A stretch of 64,000 nucleotides of DNA, from assembly GCA_963663235.2 (NCBI GenBank), contig CAXXNO010000004.1, positions 1 to 64,000 of the forward strand, in the 5' to 3' direction. This DNA comes from Dehalococcoidia bacterium (GTDB lineage: Bacteria; Chloroflexota; Dehalococcoidia; Bin125). The notes under the pieces were generated by a model. It saw only the letters and a program-made list of their open reading frames with translations. It ran no database searches and was not told the origin of the DNA. The translations under genes and the position numbers were made by a program. Each line of letters begins with the position of its first letter. Positions within the stretch are counted from its first letter, which is position 1. Of this stretch, positions 30,371 through 40,352 are shown piece by piece.

Positions 30371-32512
30371 GTGATTCGTTTCGACAGACCAGCTTTTCGC
30401 AGCTCGTTCCTGGCGGGCGTCCTGGTGGGTGTCCTGGCCCTGCTGAGTATCGTGCTTGCGCTGCCCGGATCCGCCGCTGCCGGCCGCGACGGGCGCGCAG
30501 ACGATGGGGTCCCGGCCGAGCCCACCGGATTGGGGGTCGGCGTCCAGCCCGGCGCGCTGGAGGTGGGGGTGTCCTGGGATGACGTTCCCGGAGCGACGTC
30601 CTACTCCCTGAGCTGGCGGCGCCCCGGCGGAGGCTTCCAGCCGGGCGATGCGGTGATCGCCACGGACACCGAGGCCACTCTCGCCGTGCCCGACCATGGT
30701 CTGTGGCGGTTGCGGCTGCAGGCGTGCAACGACGCCGGCTGCGGGCCGGGGCGGGCCCGCGAGGTCGCGCTCGTACAGGAACCGATCGTGACGGGCGCTA
30801 GCGACCCGGCGACGGGTTCCACCCTCACGCTGACGGGCGCCTGTACCGATGTCACCGTCACCGTGCTGGCCTCTGAGGCCGCGTACACGAGCATGTTCTT
30901 GCACTTCGACATGAGCGACATGAGCATGGCGACAGATCTCATGATCACGAACCGCCAAGTCGGCTCGACGATGGTACTCAGGGGCCTTTCGGCGGGGGAA
31001 CTCGTGCTCGGGATCCGCGTGCAGGAGACCGGGGACGTGTTCAGGACGGGGCCCGCATCGCGCAACCCCGACGGCCTCATACACGCGCAGATCTCGGGCT
31101 CGACCGTCTCCTTCGAGGACTACTCCGGGGGCGGGGACGAGGACTTCAATGACGCGGTCCTGCTCGTGACTCGGGCCAGCTGCGGCGGGAGCCCGCCTCC
31201 GCCTCCTCCGGGAAACACGCCGCCGGAATCCCCCGCCGGACACGCCGGCGATCCCCCGCCGGACTCCAACGCCGGCGATCCCCCGCCGGACTCCAACGCC
31301 GGCGATCCCCCGCCGGACTCCAACGCCGGCGATCCCCCGCCGGACTCCAACGCCGGCGATCCCCCGCCGGACTCCAACGCCGGCGATCCCCCGCCGGACT
31401 CCAACGCCGGCGATCCCCCGCCGGACTCCAACGCCGGCGATCCCCCGCCGGACTCCAACGAAGGGACCCCTCCCCAGGAGGACGAAGGCGAGCGGGCAGA
31501 CACCGACAGCTGCGGGTCGAGCGTCCTGCCCGTTCCCCCGCCGGGCGGATGGAGCTACGGCGTCTCGGACACGTCCGACCTGGCGGCGCTGATCGCCGCG
31601 CAGCGGTTCCCGGTCGCCAGCGTGTGGGTGTTCGACGTCCCGACGCAGGAGTTCCTGGGCCACGTTGTCGGCGCGCCCGAGTTCGTGAACACCCTCGACG
31701 ACTCCTCGCTCAGTCCCGGCCGCGTCGTCATCATGCAGCGGAGCGACGCGCCGGGGGGCGTGCCGGACGAGGCGGCGCCGGTCGCTGCGGATGAGCCGAA
31801 GCGGGACGCGCCAACCGTGCTGCCGGTCCCGCCGCCGGGCGGATGGACCTATGGCCTTGCGTGCACATCCGACTTGGCGGCGCTGATCGCCGCGCAGCGG
31901 TTCCCGGTCGTGAGCGTGTGGGTGTTCGATGCCGCCGCGCAGAACTTCCTCGGCCACGGCGTCGGCCAGCCGGAGTTCCTGAACACGCTCGACGCGTCTT
32001 CGCTGACCCCGGGCAGCGTCGTGATCATGCGGCGCACCGGCGTGGTACCCATCGCCCCGCCGCATCAGTTCTACGGGTCCGCCGCCGCCGGATCCGGCAC
32101 CGCCATCGACGGCGAGCTCGTCCCCGACGGCACGGTCATCACCGCCCGGAACGAGGATGGGAAAGCGGTTGGGAGAACGGCGGTCGCCGCGGGCGACTGG
32201 GTCATCTATGTCTACCGGGCGGACGCCGCCAGCGTGACCTTCAGCATCACGGGGTCCGTCCGCAGCAGGCCCTACGACGTCGTCATCGCCGCCCGCACCG
32301 AAGTCGCCCTGGACCTCGCTGCGCTGGATGCCGGCGGCGGCGATGGCGATGCTGCCGCCCGTGGCCCCGAACTCCTCCCGAATACCGGCAGCGGCGGCAT
32401 CGCCGGCAGCGGCGGACTCGCTGGCGGGCGCGGTCTCCTGGCGCTGGCGGTGGCCCTCGCGGTCAGCGTGGCGCTGGCCGGCATGGCCGTCGTGCGGCGC
32501 ACGCGCGCCTGA
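30371..32512 (+). CDS. Sortase-type (LPNTG) surface protein with FN3-like, DUF4114-like and repeated domains
   Basis: Signal peptide; [12 protein letters not shown]; [15 protein letters not shown]; C-terminal LPNTG + hydrophobic helix + RRTRA; GGAGG RBS. Confidence 0.85.
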   Translation: MIRFDRPAFRSSFLAGVLVGVLALLSIVLALPGSAAAGRDGRADDGVPAEPTGLGVGVQPGALEVGVSWDDVPGATSYSLSWRRPGGGFQPGDAVIATDTEATLAVPDHGLWRLRLQACNDAGCGPGRAREVALVQEPIVTGASDPATGSTLTLTGACTDVTVTVLASEAAYTSMFLHFDMSDMSMATDLMITNRQVGSTMVLRGLSAGELVLGIRVQETGDVFRTGPASRNPDGLIHAQISGSTVSFEDYSGGGDEDFNDAVLLVTRASCGGSPPPPPPGNTPPESPAGHAGDPPPDSNAGDPPPDSNAGDPPPDSNAGDPPPDSNAGDPPPDSNAGDPPPDSNAGDPPPDSNAGDPPPDSNEGTPPQEDEGERADTDSCGSSVLPVPPPGGWSYGVSDTSDLAALIAAQRFPVASVWVFDVPTQEFLGHVVGAPEFVNTLDDSSLSPGRVVIMQRSDAPGGVPDEAAPVAADEPKRDAPTVLPVPPPGGWTYGLACTSDLAALIAAQRFPVVSVWVFDAAAQNFLGHGVGQPEFLNTLDASSLTPGSVVIMRRTGVVPIAPPHQFYGSAAAGSGTAIDGELVPDGTVITARNEDGKAVGRTAVAAGDWVIYVYRADAASVTFSITGSVRSRPYDVVIAARTEVALDLAALDAGGGDGDAAARGPELLPNTGSGGIAGSGGLAGGRGLLALAVALAVSVALAGMAVVRRTRA
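31244..31459 (+). repeat. 8 x 27-bp perfect tandem repeat (GCCGGCGATCCCCCGCCGGACTCCAAC; encodes AGDPPPDSN)
   Basis: 216 bp = 8 identical units, in frame. Confidence 0.97.
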
Positions 32513-32759
32513 GCGTCGGGGGCGCCTCGGCCGGACGCCTCAACCGGCGCAGGGGGGCCGAACGCCCCGGCGACGAGCAGCCCGCGATCAGGCCCCCACG
32601 ACCGGGTTGCGCAGGACGCCAATGCCCTCCGCTCCGATCCCCACCACGTCGCCGGCGGAGAGGCGCCCCGCCCGCGGCGGCACCCCCGTGCGCCGCACCA
32701 GGTCGCCGGCGCCGGCGTAGGGGCCATGGGGGCCGCTCCTGCCGGCGGCGGCGGAGAGC

Positions 32760-33017
32760 ATCCGTCTCCATCCGCGCTGGACCGAGGGCGGCTGGCGGGG
32801 GCCGGACGGGGCCGGCATCGCCGAGGCCTCGGGGGCGGACGTGCTCGCGCAGGTGGGGGTGATCTACCGCTGGCTCGCGGCGACGCAGTCCTGGACCAGC
32901 TTCCGCCCCGGCGCCCCGGCGATCCTGAGCGCGTTCGACACGTTCGCGACGGGGGGAAGCTACTGGATCGCCGTCGCGGAGGAGGTGGAGTGGGTCGTCG
33001 GGGGGGACGGAGGCTGA
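32760..33017 (+). pseudogene. C-terminal domain remnant of a surface protein
   Basis: Start-less frame IRLHPRWTEGGWRGPDG...VIYRWLAATQSWTSFRPGAPAILSAFDTFATGGSYWIAV...stop, followed by a GGAGGCTGAG/CTCAGCCCTCC hairpin. Confidence 0.6.
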
Positions 33018-33048
33018 GCGCCGCTGCCCTCAGCCCTCCACAACATCG

Positions 33049-33096
33049 TGCTTCCCAAGCAGAGGGTCGTGGGTTCGAGTCCCATCTCCCGCTCCA
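33049..33096 (+). other. tRNA-Gly(CCC) 3' half (att-site scar)
   Basis: TGCTTCCCAAGCA anticodon arm, GGGTTCGAGTCCC T-arm, CTCCCGCTCCA end; D-arm and 5' acceptor strand absent. Confidence 0.9.
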
Positions 33097-33288
33097 CCCC
33101 TTTCGCATACGACGCCCGGCGTCTGGCTAGGCTCTCTTCGTGCCCCGTGGTTGACCATCTGCTTTCGAGGCGGAGGGTTTCAGGCGCCTTTCGGAGCAGC
33201 ATCCGGCTGGTCAGCGATGCAGACTCTCCAGCCCTTTCCAGAACGGGATCGACCGTCATCCGCCATCGCGTGGTGATCCCGCTCCAGG

Positions 33289-34242
33289 GGGTCTGTCAGA
33301 TCTCAGACAAGCAACGCTCTGCGGTGGGCGTTCTCATATCCGCCGGGTGGCTAGGCCGTCGCGAGCTCCCCGATCAACGAACGCCAGCGCGTGAGGAAGA
33401 GTCGTCGCTCGCCGGCGAGCGGGACGTGAGCTTCGCCGCGATGTCGGACTCGGAAATACTGTCTCAGCGCATCGAAGGCGGCACAGAAGCGTGACGCTGA
33501 CTGGAAGCTCCCGAAGCCGAGCATCGGGTAGTAACGCTGCTTCACGCCGCGATGGCTCTGCTCGGTGTAGTTGTTCAGGTACTGGGTCGTCCGGTGCCAT
33601 GCCTTCCGGCCGATGATCCAACGGATGGCCCGCCGATACGCGGGGTGCAGGGCAGTGGTGATCCGTGCGGGCTTTCCTTCGGCGACCTCGACGAGCCGCC
33701 GCAGGAACCGACGTGCGGCACGCTTGTCGCGGCGCTCGCTCAGCATCGAGTCGATGAGATCACCACGATGGTCGATCGCCCGGTAAAGGTAGCACCAGCG
33801 CCCGCCGACCTTCACGTAGGTCTCGTCGAGGTACCAAGAGACACCAGCTCGACCGCGTCGCTTCGCTCGCAGCTGCTCACTGACCAACGGAGCGAACCTG
33901 AACTCCCAGGCGCGAACCGTCTCGTGAGTTACCTCGAACCCACGCTGGAGCAGCATCTCAGCGACATCGCGGAAGCTCAGCTTGTAGCGCAGGCGCCACA
34001 GCACCGCGAGCAGTACGACGTCCGTTGGGTACTGGAGTTCGTTGAACGGTGTGCTGGTCCGCTCGTTGAAGACGCTCCGGCAAGCGCGGCAGGCGAACGA
34101 GCGGTATCCAAGCGAGGTGCGCCGGCGACGCCCACTGGTCTGATTCGAGTCACAGCGCGGACAAATCACCATCGGTCCTCTCCTGCATCGCCCATGAGCG
34201 CGACGCTAGCATGAGAGTCGTGGTCTGAGAACTGACAGAGCC
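33289..34242 (-). mobile_element. IS6-family element A (transposase 33351-34172)
   Basis: 954 bp; TIRs GGGTCTGTCAGATCTCAG / GGCTCTGTCAGTTCTCAG; WYLDETY, YLYRAID; second DDE Asp changed (ITTAL). Confidence 0.95.
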
Positions 34243-34490
34243 GGCTCAAACAGCTGCTGCGGCGGCGCGGCCGGGCCGCGGGCGTCCCGCGCGTCCATGC
34301 CCATCGCTTCCGGCACACCTTCGCCACTTGGGCCATCGCGCACGACGCCCGCGAGCTCGATGTCCAGCACCTGCTCGGCCACCGCTCCCCGGCCATGGTG
34401 CGCCGCTACAGCGCGACCTATGGCAGCCGCCCAGGCGGCGGCCGAGCGCCACGCCGCCTTCTCCCCCGGCGACGGGATGCTGACGGCGGC
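34243..34490 (+). pseudogene. Second tyrosine recombinase C-terminal remnant, cut by IS6
   Basis: LKQLLRRRGRAAGVPRVHAHRFRHTFA...LLGHRSPAMVRRY; close paralogue of 26595-26821. Confidence 0.9.
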
Positions 34491-34581
34491 TGGCGGATGC
34501 CCCCGGTCGCGCCCCCTCCCAGCATGTGTTTTTCAATGATCATGTGATGCAGTTTGGGGGCCCCGGTACCGGCTCCCCATG

Positions 34582-34630
34582 CTGCTTCCCAAGCAGAGGG
34601 TCGAGGGTTCGAATCCCTTCTCCCGCTCCA
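34582..34630 (+). other. Second tRNA-Gly(CCC) 3' half (att-site scar)
   Basis: CTGCTTCCCAAGCAG, GAGGGTTCGAATCCCTT, CTCCCGCTCCA; 5' half absent. Confidence 0.9.
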
Positions 34631-34847
34631 ACTTCGCCACCCCGTGGCGAAGAAGCGCCGAGTCACCGGGCTGAAATCGCCGATCTCGTCGCCCTGCGGG
34701 GGGGCGTCGTCCAGAGCGGTCATCCGCCCTCGTTCTAAAGCCGACACCGCGCTGGCCAGGAAGATGGAGCCCCGGCACTCGCGAATCGTTGCTCATAGCT
34801 GCCTGTTTCTCCCCTTGCGACCGCTGGGCGGCGGCGCGCTACCGGCC

Positions 34848-36596
34848 CTAACCCTCGACGGTCACGGCAATCGTGTGGTGCCCCGTGGCGCCATCGGGAA
34901 ACGGCTCCATCCGCTCGGCCGTCTGCACCATGCCGCTGCGATCGATCGCGCGTACCTCGAGGCGGAACGCGCCCTCGGTGGCGGGCCAGTCGACCACCCA
35001 CTGACGCCAACTGCTGTCGGACAGCTCCTCGCTCAGAACGGCGTCGATCCATCCGCCTTCCGAAGGCTGCGCGCCGGGCGATCGCTCGCCTGGCCGAACC
35101 TGAACGCCGCTGACGCCGCTCAGCCCGCCCCAGGCGACGCCGGCGACGCGCACGTTGCCGGGCGCGAGCGTGGCGCCGGCGTGCGGGACGTCGATGCGCG
35201 ACTGCAGCTTGATCGGCGCCTGCTGGGCCCAGCCTCGCCGCACCCAGTAGGAATCGAAGGAGTCGAGCGTCGACAGCTCGATCTCGCCGAGCCACTTCGT
35301 CGCGGAGACGTAGCCGTAGAGCCCCGGCACGATCAGGCGCGCCGGGAACCCGTGCTCGGCCGGCAGCGGCTCGCCGTTCATGCCGACTACCACCATCGAC
35401 TCGCGCCCGTCGAGCGCGACGTCCGTGGGGAAGCCGACGGTGAAACCATCGACGGCGCGCCCGATCACCTGCGTGGCGCCGGCCTGAACGCCCGCCTCGC
35501 GCAGCAACGTGGGAAGCGGGACGCCGAGCCAGTAGGCGTTCCCGACGAGGCCCTGCCCCACCCTGTTCGAGACGCACGCGAGGGTCACCGACTCCTCGCG
35601 CAGGCTCATTGCGAGGAGTTCGTCGAACGTGAACTCCGCCGGGCGGTCGACCATCCCGGTGAGCTGGAGCCGCCACCGCGTACTGTCGATGCGGGGTACC
35701 GAGAGCGCCGTATCGATGCGGTAGAACTTGCTATTCGGCGTGACGAGCGGCGAGATGCCCGGCACCGTGGCGGGTCCGGCGCGGACGACGGGTGCGGGCT
35801 CGGGCGTCGGCTCGGGTGTCGGTTCGGGCGTGACGGTCGCGGTCGGCGTTGCCTCGGCGGGCGCGGTCTCGGCTGTGGCCGTCGCTTTGGGCGGGGCGCT
35901 CACGCTGGGGGTTGGCGAGGGCAGTGCGGCGGTCGCGGCCCCCGCGGGCCGTGACGCCGGCGTCGAGGTGCTCGGCGGCGGCAGCACGATTGCGGCGCGC
36001 TGCGCTTCCACATCGACCGCCGGGCCGATCAGGCGCCGCCCCAGGGACACCGAGACCGCTGCCGCCGCCAGCCCGCCGCCGGCGAACTGCAGGAAGCGCC
36101 TTCGCCCGAGGCGCTTCTCCTGCGGATCGGGCGAAGGCGCGGCGGCGGCCGACGGACCGGCCTGGGTCGCTGCGTTGAGCAGCAAGAGGAGCGTCGCGGC
36201 CCCCGCGATTCCGGCGGCGAGCGCGGTGGTCCAGGCCTGTGCGGGCGAGGTGAACGGATCGCGGGCCCCCACGAGCCCGCCGACGAGGGCGAAGACCGCC
36301 AAGGCGGCTACGCCGATCGCGCGGTAGCGCATCGCGAGCGGCCCCAGGGCCGCGCCCAGCAGCAACGAGGTGGCGACGATGCCAACGAGCAGTGCGGGCT
36401 TGTCGTTCGTGCCGAAGGTTTCGATCGCCGCGCCGGAGACGGAACGCGGGGAGCTGTCGATGATTACGTCTCCGATCGCCACGACCAGCGACTCGCCGTC
36501 GACGAGGCGCGCGACGAACTCGGCGACAGCCAGCGCCACCGCCGCGGCGACGAGTCCCGCGACCGCGCCAGGCCACCACTCGCGAAGTTGCTGCAT
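34848..36596 (-). CDS. Membrane-bound sulfite-oxidase-family molybdopterin oxidoreductase
   Basis: N-terminal TM helices (FGTNDK), FYRIDTAL, LACVSN, EHGFPARLIVPGLYGYVSATKW. Confidence 0.92.
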   Translation of the reverse strand: MQQLREWWPGAVAGLVAAAVALAVAEFVARLVDGESLVVAIGDVIIDSSPRSVSGAAIETFGTNDKPALLVGIVATSLLLGAALGPLAMRYRAIGVAALAVFALVGGLVGARDPFTSPAQAWTTALAAGIAGAATLLLLLNAATQAGPSAAAAPSPDPQEKRLGRRRFLQFAGGGLAAAAVSVSLGRRLIGPAVDVEAQRAAIVLPPPSTSTPASRPAGAATAALPSPTPSVSAPPKATATAETAPAEATPTATVTPEPTPEPTPEPAPVVRAGPATVPGISPLVTPNSKFYRIDTALSVPRIDSTRWRLQLTGMVDRPAEFTFDELLAMSLREESVTLACVSNRVGQGLVGNAYWLGVPLPTLLREAGVQAGATQVIGRAVDGFTVGFPTDVALDGRESMVVVGMNGEPLPAEHGFPARLIVPGLYGYVSATKWLGEIELSTLDSFDSYWVRRGWAQQAPIKLQSRIDVPHAGATLAPGNVRVAGVAWGGLSGVSGVQVRPGERSPGAQPSEGGWIDAVLSEELSDSSWRQWVVDWPATEGAFRLEVRAIDRSGMVQTAERMEPFPDGATGHHTIAVTVEG

Positions 36597-36720
36597 GCCG
36601 ACGCCCCTACTCTCGACACCCCGCGGCCGGATCTCGATCCTCTGCCGCCAGCTTCAGCGTAGCGCCGAATCCTTTCGGAACCCTGCGCCAGACCCCGTTA
36701 TGGGAGAGCCGGATGCCGCC

Positions 36721-36822
36721 CTGGCGGAGCAGTTCGGCGCCGATGAAGGTCTTGCCCAGCCCGACGACGTCGCCGATGTAGCAGCCGCCATGGATGTCGA
36801 TCATCGCCAGGCCGCGGCGCAC
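36721..36822 (-). pseudogene. Short SNF2-type helicase remnant
   Basis: HGGCYIGDVVGLGKTFIG matches SNF2 motif I (xDxVGLGKT). Confidence 0.65.
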
Positions 36823-36916
36823 CGAACGCCCCCTTCTCGGAGTGGGGCCAGACCTTCGCCGATCCCCGGCTTGCCGCTGCGGTCATGCCCGTCCACCATC
36901 AGCTAGGCTCTGCGTC

Positions 36917-37333
36917 ATGGCGGCACTCGCGCTCGTAACTGGTCCAGCTGGAAGCGGGAAGACTGAGCGGCTGATTCAGCGTGCCGCCGAGCGCTACGAG
37001 GCCGATCGATTCGCGTCAACGCTCGTGCTCGTGCCCACGGCGCGACACGGCGACCAGTTCCGTCGCCGACTCGTCTCGCGCTGCGGAGTCGCGCTCGCCC
37101 TCGATGTCCTCACCCTCGCGCTCTTCACGCGACGATACGTCAGCGCCAACATGCCGCCCTACGAGGTCGCCGCGGAGCTGTTGTGGCGAGTCACGCGCGA
37201 GCGAACGGCGAGCGGGGAGGCTCAGCGATTCCAGCCGATCGCCGAGACTCCGGGACTGCACGAGCTTGTCGGCTCGGCCGTCGGGGAGCTCGTCACGGCC
37301 GGCACCGGCCCGCATGCTGGCCCGCCAGCTTAG
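36917..37333 (+). pseudogene. N-terminal fragment of an AddB/RexB-like helicase-nuclease
   Basis: LVTGPAGSGKT, LVLVPT, TPGL; stops immediately before the CRISPR repeat. Confidence 0.65.
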
Positions 37334-37597
37334 GTTTCAATCCTCGCCCGGCCCGCAGGCCGGGCGCTACGGACACGTGGACGGTGAAGTTGGACGCGCG
37401 ACCGACGTTTCAATCCTCGCCCGGCCCGCAGGCCGGGCGCTACTTCCTCGCAGTCTTCGCGGTCGTCAGGACGGATCCCGTCTATGTTTCAATCCTCGCC
37501 CGGCCCGCAGGCCGGGCGCTACGCGGCGTGCTTCACCGTGCCGGCGTGTGGCCGTTCGTGGTTTCAATCCTCGCCCGGCCCGCAGGCCGGGCGCTAC
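37334..37597 (-). CRISPR. CRISPR array: 4 identical 37-bp repeats, 3 spacers (36, 42, 38 bp)
   Basis: Repeat GTTTCAATCCTCGCCCGGCCCGCAGGCCGGGCGCTAC at 37334, 37407, 37486, 37561; internal hairpin CGCCCGGCC/GGCCGGGCG; ends ATTGAAAC on the minus strand. Confidence 0.97.
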
Positions 37598-37734
37598 CTC
37601 GTTACCGAAACGGCGGTCGGCAGCGTGATTGCGAAGCGGGGCCTCGATCGATGCGAGGTCCCAAGCGACGCTCAGACCGGTATCGAGATGTGGGGCCGGG
37701 CGTTCTCGCGCTCCCGCTCGCGTGGGCCATCGCC

Positions 37735-38854
37735 ATGATTCGGGATGAAATTGCTGCACTGAAGGCGCTGGATTCCCAACTGAACCGAGATGGGTCTTTG
37801 TCGACGAATGTCGTCGCATCCGCCAGCCTCTGCGAGCGCAGCCGGCCCGCCGCATGCACGGCAAAAGCTCGAACCTGCTCGTTGTAGAAATCGATCATGA
37901 TGACCCCGCCCGCAGGCGAGTCCGCCAGCCGGTTGCTGGCCCAGCGGATCGCGCGGATGTACGAGTCGTACAGCGAGTTCTTGTTGGTCGACTTCGACCG
38001 GGCGGCGTATGTGCTCTGGATGGACGCATCCAGCGTCGGGTAGGCCATGTTCTGGTTGTCGTCGTTCTGGGAGCGCTGGCCGACCGACCAGGGTGGGTTC
38101 GATACGATGACGCGGATGTCGAGCCCCTTCTGACGGTCGGCACGGTCGTTGTTACGGGGGAAGAAGACCGTGTCCATCGGGTTTCCTTCCTCGCTCATCT
38201 GGAAGGTGTCGGTGAGCACGATGCCGTCGAAGGGCCGGTATTCCGCACCGGGCTGCGCCCCCTGGTAGGCATTCTCAATGTTCATGGCTGCGATGTAGTA
38301 CGCCAGCAGTGTGATCTCGTTGGCGTGCAGCTCACCCGCGTACTTGCGCTCTAGTGCGTCTGGCGCAATCAGCCCGGTCGAGATCAAGCGCGAAACGAAC
38401 GTGCCTGTACCTACGAATGGTTCAAGGATATGCACGCCCTCGTCTGAGAGCGTCGCACCATCGAAGTGGCGGCCGAGCAGGTCGTTCACCGCGCGGTTGA
38501 TGAAGTCGACGATCTCAACCGGCGTGTAGACGATGCCGAGCGCCTCCACGGCGTTCGGGAGGGCCCGCCTGAAGAACTCCTCATACAGCCCGGTGATCAC
38601 GCGCTGACGACCCTCGGCGTTGTCGATGCCGCCGATCAGCTTCTGGACGTAGTCGTAGAAGTCCTCGATGGTCGAGGTCTCGGCCCCGAGTCCGCCGGCG
38701 TCGAGCGTCCCAATCATCGCCTGCATGACCTGCGACACCGGGTTGCGTCCGGCGAACTCTCCGCCGCCGAACAGGGCGTCGAAGACCGGCCGCGTGATCA
38801 GGTGCTGGGAGAGCATCTGGATCGCGTCGTCCGCGGTCACGGAATCGTTGAGGT
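37735..38854 (-). pseudogene. Type ISP (LlaGI-like) restriction-modification enzyme fragment, methyltransferase region
   Basis: MLSQHLITRPVFDALF, LGIVYTP, EPFVGTGTF, NPPW, NKNSLYDSYIRAIRWA; 5' end cut by IS6; apparent internal deletion before MIDFYNEQV. Confidence 0.85.
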
Positions 38855-39808
38855 GGTTCTGTCAGATCTGAGGGCAGCGGGGCCAACGATGCGTGGTGAT
38901 CCGGCGAGCGTTGATGGTGTCCTAGGCGACCTGCATCTCCTGGATCAGGGACCGCCAGCGGGCGACGAACAGCGGGCGCCGCGTCGCCAACGGGATCGGT
39001 AGTCCGGGCCGGGGCGGAACGCGAAAGTACTGGCGCAGCGCATCGAAGGCCGCGCAGAACTGGGCAGCGGAAGCGAACCGCCCGAAGCCCCGCATCGGAT
39101 AGTAGCGCTGCTTGATGGCGCGGTGATCCTGCTCAATCCAGTTGTTGAGGTATTGATTGCAGCGATGTCGCACCTTCCGCCCGACGATCCACCGGATCGC
39201 CTTGCGATACGCGGGATGCGCGTCGGTCGTGATGCGTAAGGGCTTCCGTTCGGCGATCTGTATGAGACCCCGCAGGAAGCGTCGCGCGGCATGCTTGTCG
39301 CGGTGCGCGCTCAGCATCGAATCGAGCAGCGCGCCCTCCCGGTCGATCGCGCGATAGAGGTAGCACCATCGCCCGGCGACCTTCACGTAGGTCTCATCGA
39401 TGTACCAGGAGACGCCCGCGCGACCGCGCCGCTTGGCGCGAAGCCGGTCCGCCAGGAGTGGCGCGAAGCGGAACTCCCAATCGCGGATCGTCTCATGCGT
39501 CACCGTGTAGCCTCGCTCGAGGAGCAGTTCGGCGACGTCCCGGAAGCTGAGCTTGTACCGCAGGCGCCACAGCACGGCGAGCAGCACGAGGTCCGTCGGG
39601 TACTGGAGATCGTTGAAGGGCGTGCCGGTCCGCTCGTTGAAGCGCCGTCCACACGCGCGACAGTTGAATCGCTGGTAGCCTAGCGTCGTGCGATGCCTGC
39701 GCTTGGTCGTCGCAGTCGAGCGGCAGTGCGGACAGTGCATCGGCGTCTCCTCGTTGCGTCATGAACGAGGCGACGCTACGCCGACGAGCCCTGAGATCTG
39801 ACAGAACC
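38855..39808 (-). mobile_element. IS6-family element B (intact transposase 38922-39740)
   Basis: 954 bp; TIRs GGTTCTGTCAGATCTGAG / GGTTCTGTCAGATCTCAG; CPHC zinc motif, DETY, TTD, IEQDHR. Confidence 0.96.
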
Positions 39809-39821
39809 GCACCTGATGGGC

Positions 39822-40241
39822 CTACGCATCTCGCAGCGCGTCGCGGAAGGCATCGACGTCGACGTATTCCCGAGCGCGGGCCACTTTGCCTTCACGAACG
39901 GTGAATACCTGAGCGTAATCCGTCTCGATGGCCCTACCGCTCGCCTTCGCGGTTAGTCGGGATGAGCCGACGCTGACGACAGTGTCACCCTCCTCTAGGT
40001 AGGTGTGCCGGTTGACACTCTGGACCTCCAACACATCGAGCAAGTCGGTGAGATAGTCGACCATGCCCTGGCCGCCTTCGCGCGGCTGGCCGATCGGAAA
40101 CTCCTTCAACCCAACCATGTGCCAGCTGAAGTCGTCGGTGACGGCGGCCTTGATCGCGTCTGCATCAGCGCGGGCCATAGCCTTGTGCCAGCGCTTTACG
40201 GTCTCGATCCCGGTCTGGGCTTGAACAGTAGAATCCGGCAT
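39822..40241 (-). CDS. NTF2/SnoaL-like (ketosteroid isomerase-like) protein
   Basis: VTDDFSW, EGDTVV, VFTVREGKV..REYVD; GAGGAG RBS. Confidence 0.85.
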   Translation of the reverse strand: MPDSTVQAQTGIETVKRWHKAMARADADAIKAAVTDDFSWHMVGLKEFPIGQPREGGQGMVDYLTDLLDVLEVQSVNRHTYLEEGDTVVSVGSSRLTAKASGRAIETDYAQVFTVREGKVARAREYVDVDAFRDALRDA

Positions 40242-40321
40242 GGCTGCACTTTCTCCTCAAAGCTACGGATGCTGCGCATGGAGCGGTAGAGTTGCAGGTT
40301 GAGCGACTGGTCCTCGGTCAT
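40196..40321 (-). pseudogene. N-terminal stub resembling a 2-oxoacid/acetoin dehydrogenase E1 alpha subunit
   Basis: GAGGAG RBS then MTEDQSLNLQLYRSMRSIRSFEEKV (LYR.M..IR.FEE motif); stops after 41 codons. Confidence 0.55.
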
Positions 40322-40352
40322 AGATCACTCCTCTGCCCGTGGGTCGTGAGTC

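Noticed and set aside
31244-31459. 27-bp repeats as a CRISPR array
   Set aside because: Head-to-tail with no spacers and in frame within a protein.
33020-33096. Complete tRNA-Gly genes here and at 34555-34630
   Set aside because: No GCGGGAG 5' acceptor strand or D-arm upstream; only 3' halves are present.
36917-37333. P-loop ORF next to the array as a novel Cas effector
   Set aside because: It resembles the N-terminus of AddB-like proteins and ends abruptly after about 138 aa; no Cas motifs seen. Worth revisiting only if the linkage recurs in other genomes.
37371-37560. Self-targeting spacers
   Set aside because: No match noticed within the window by eye; a proper search was not possible.
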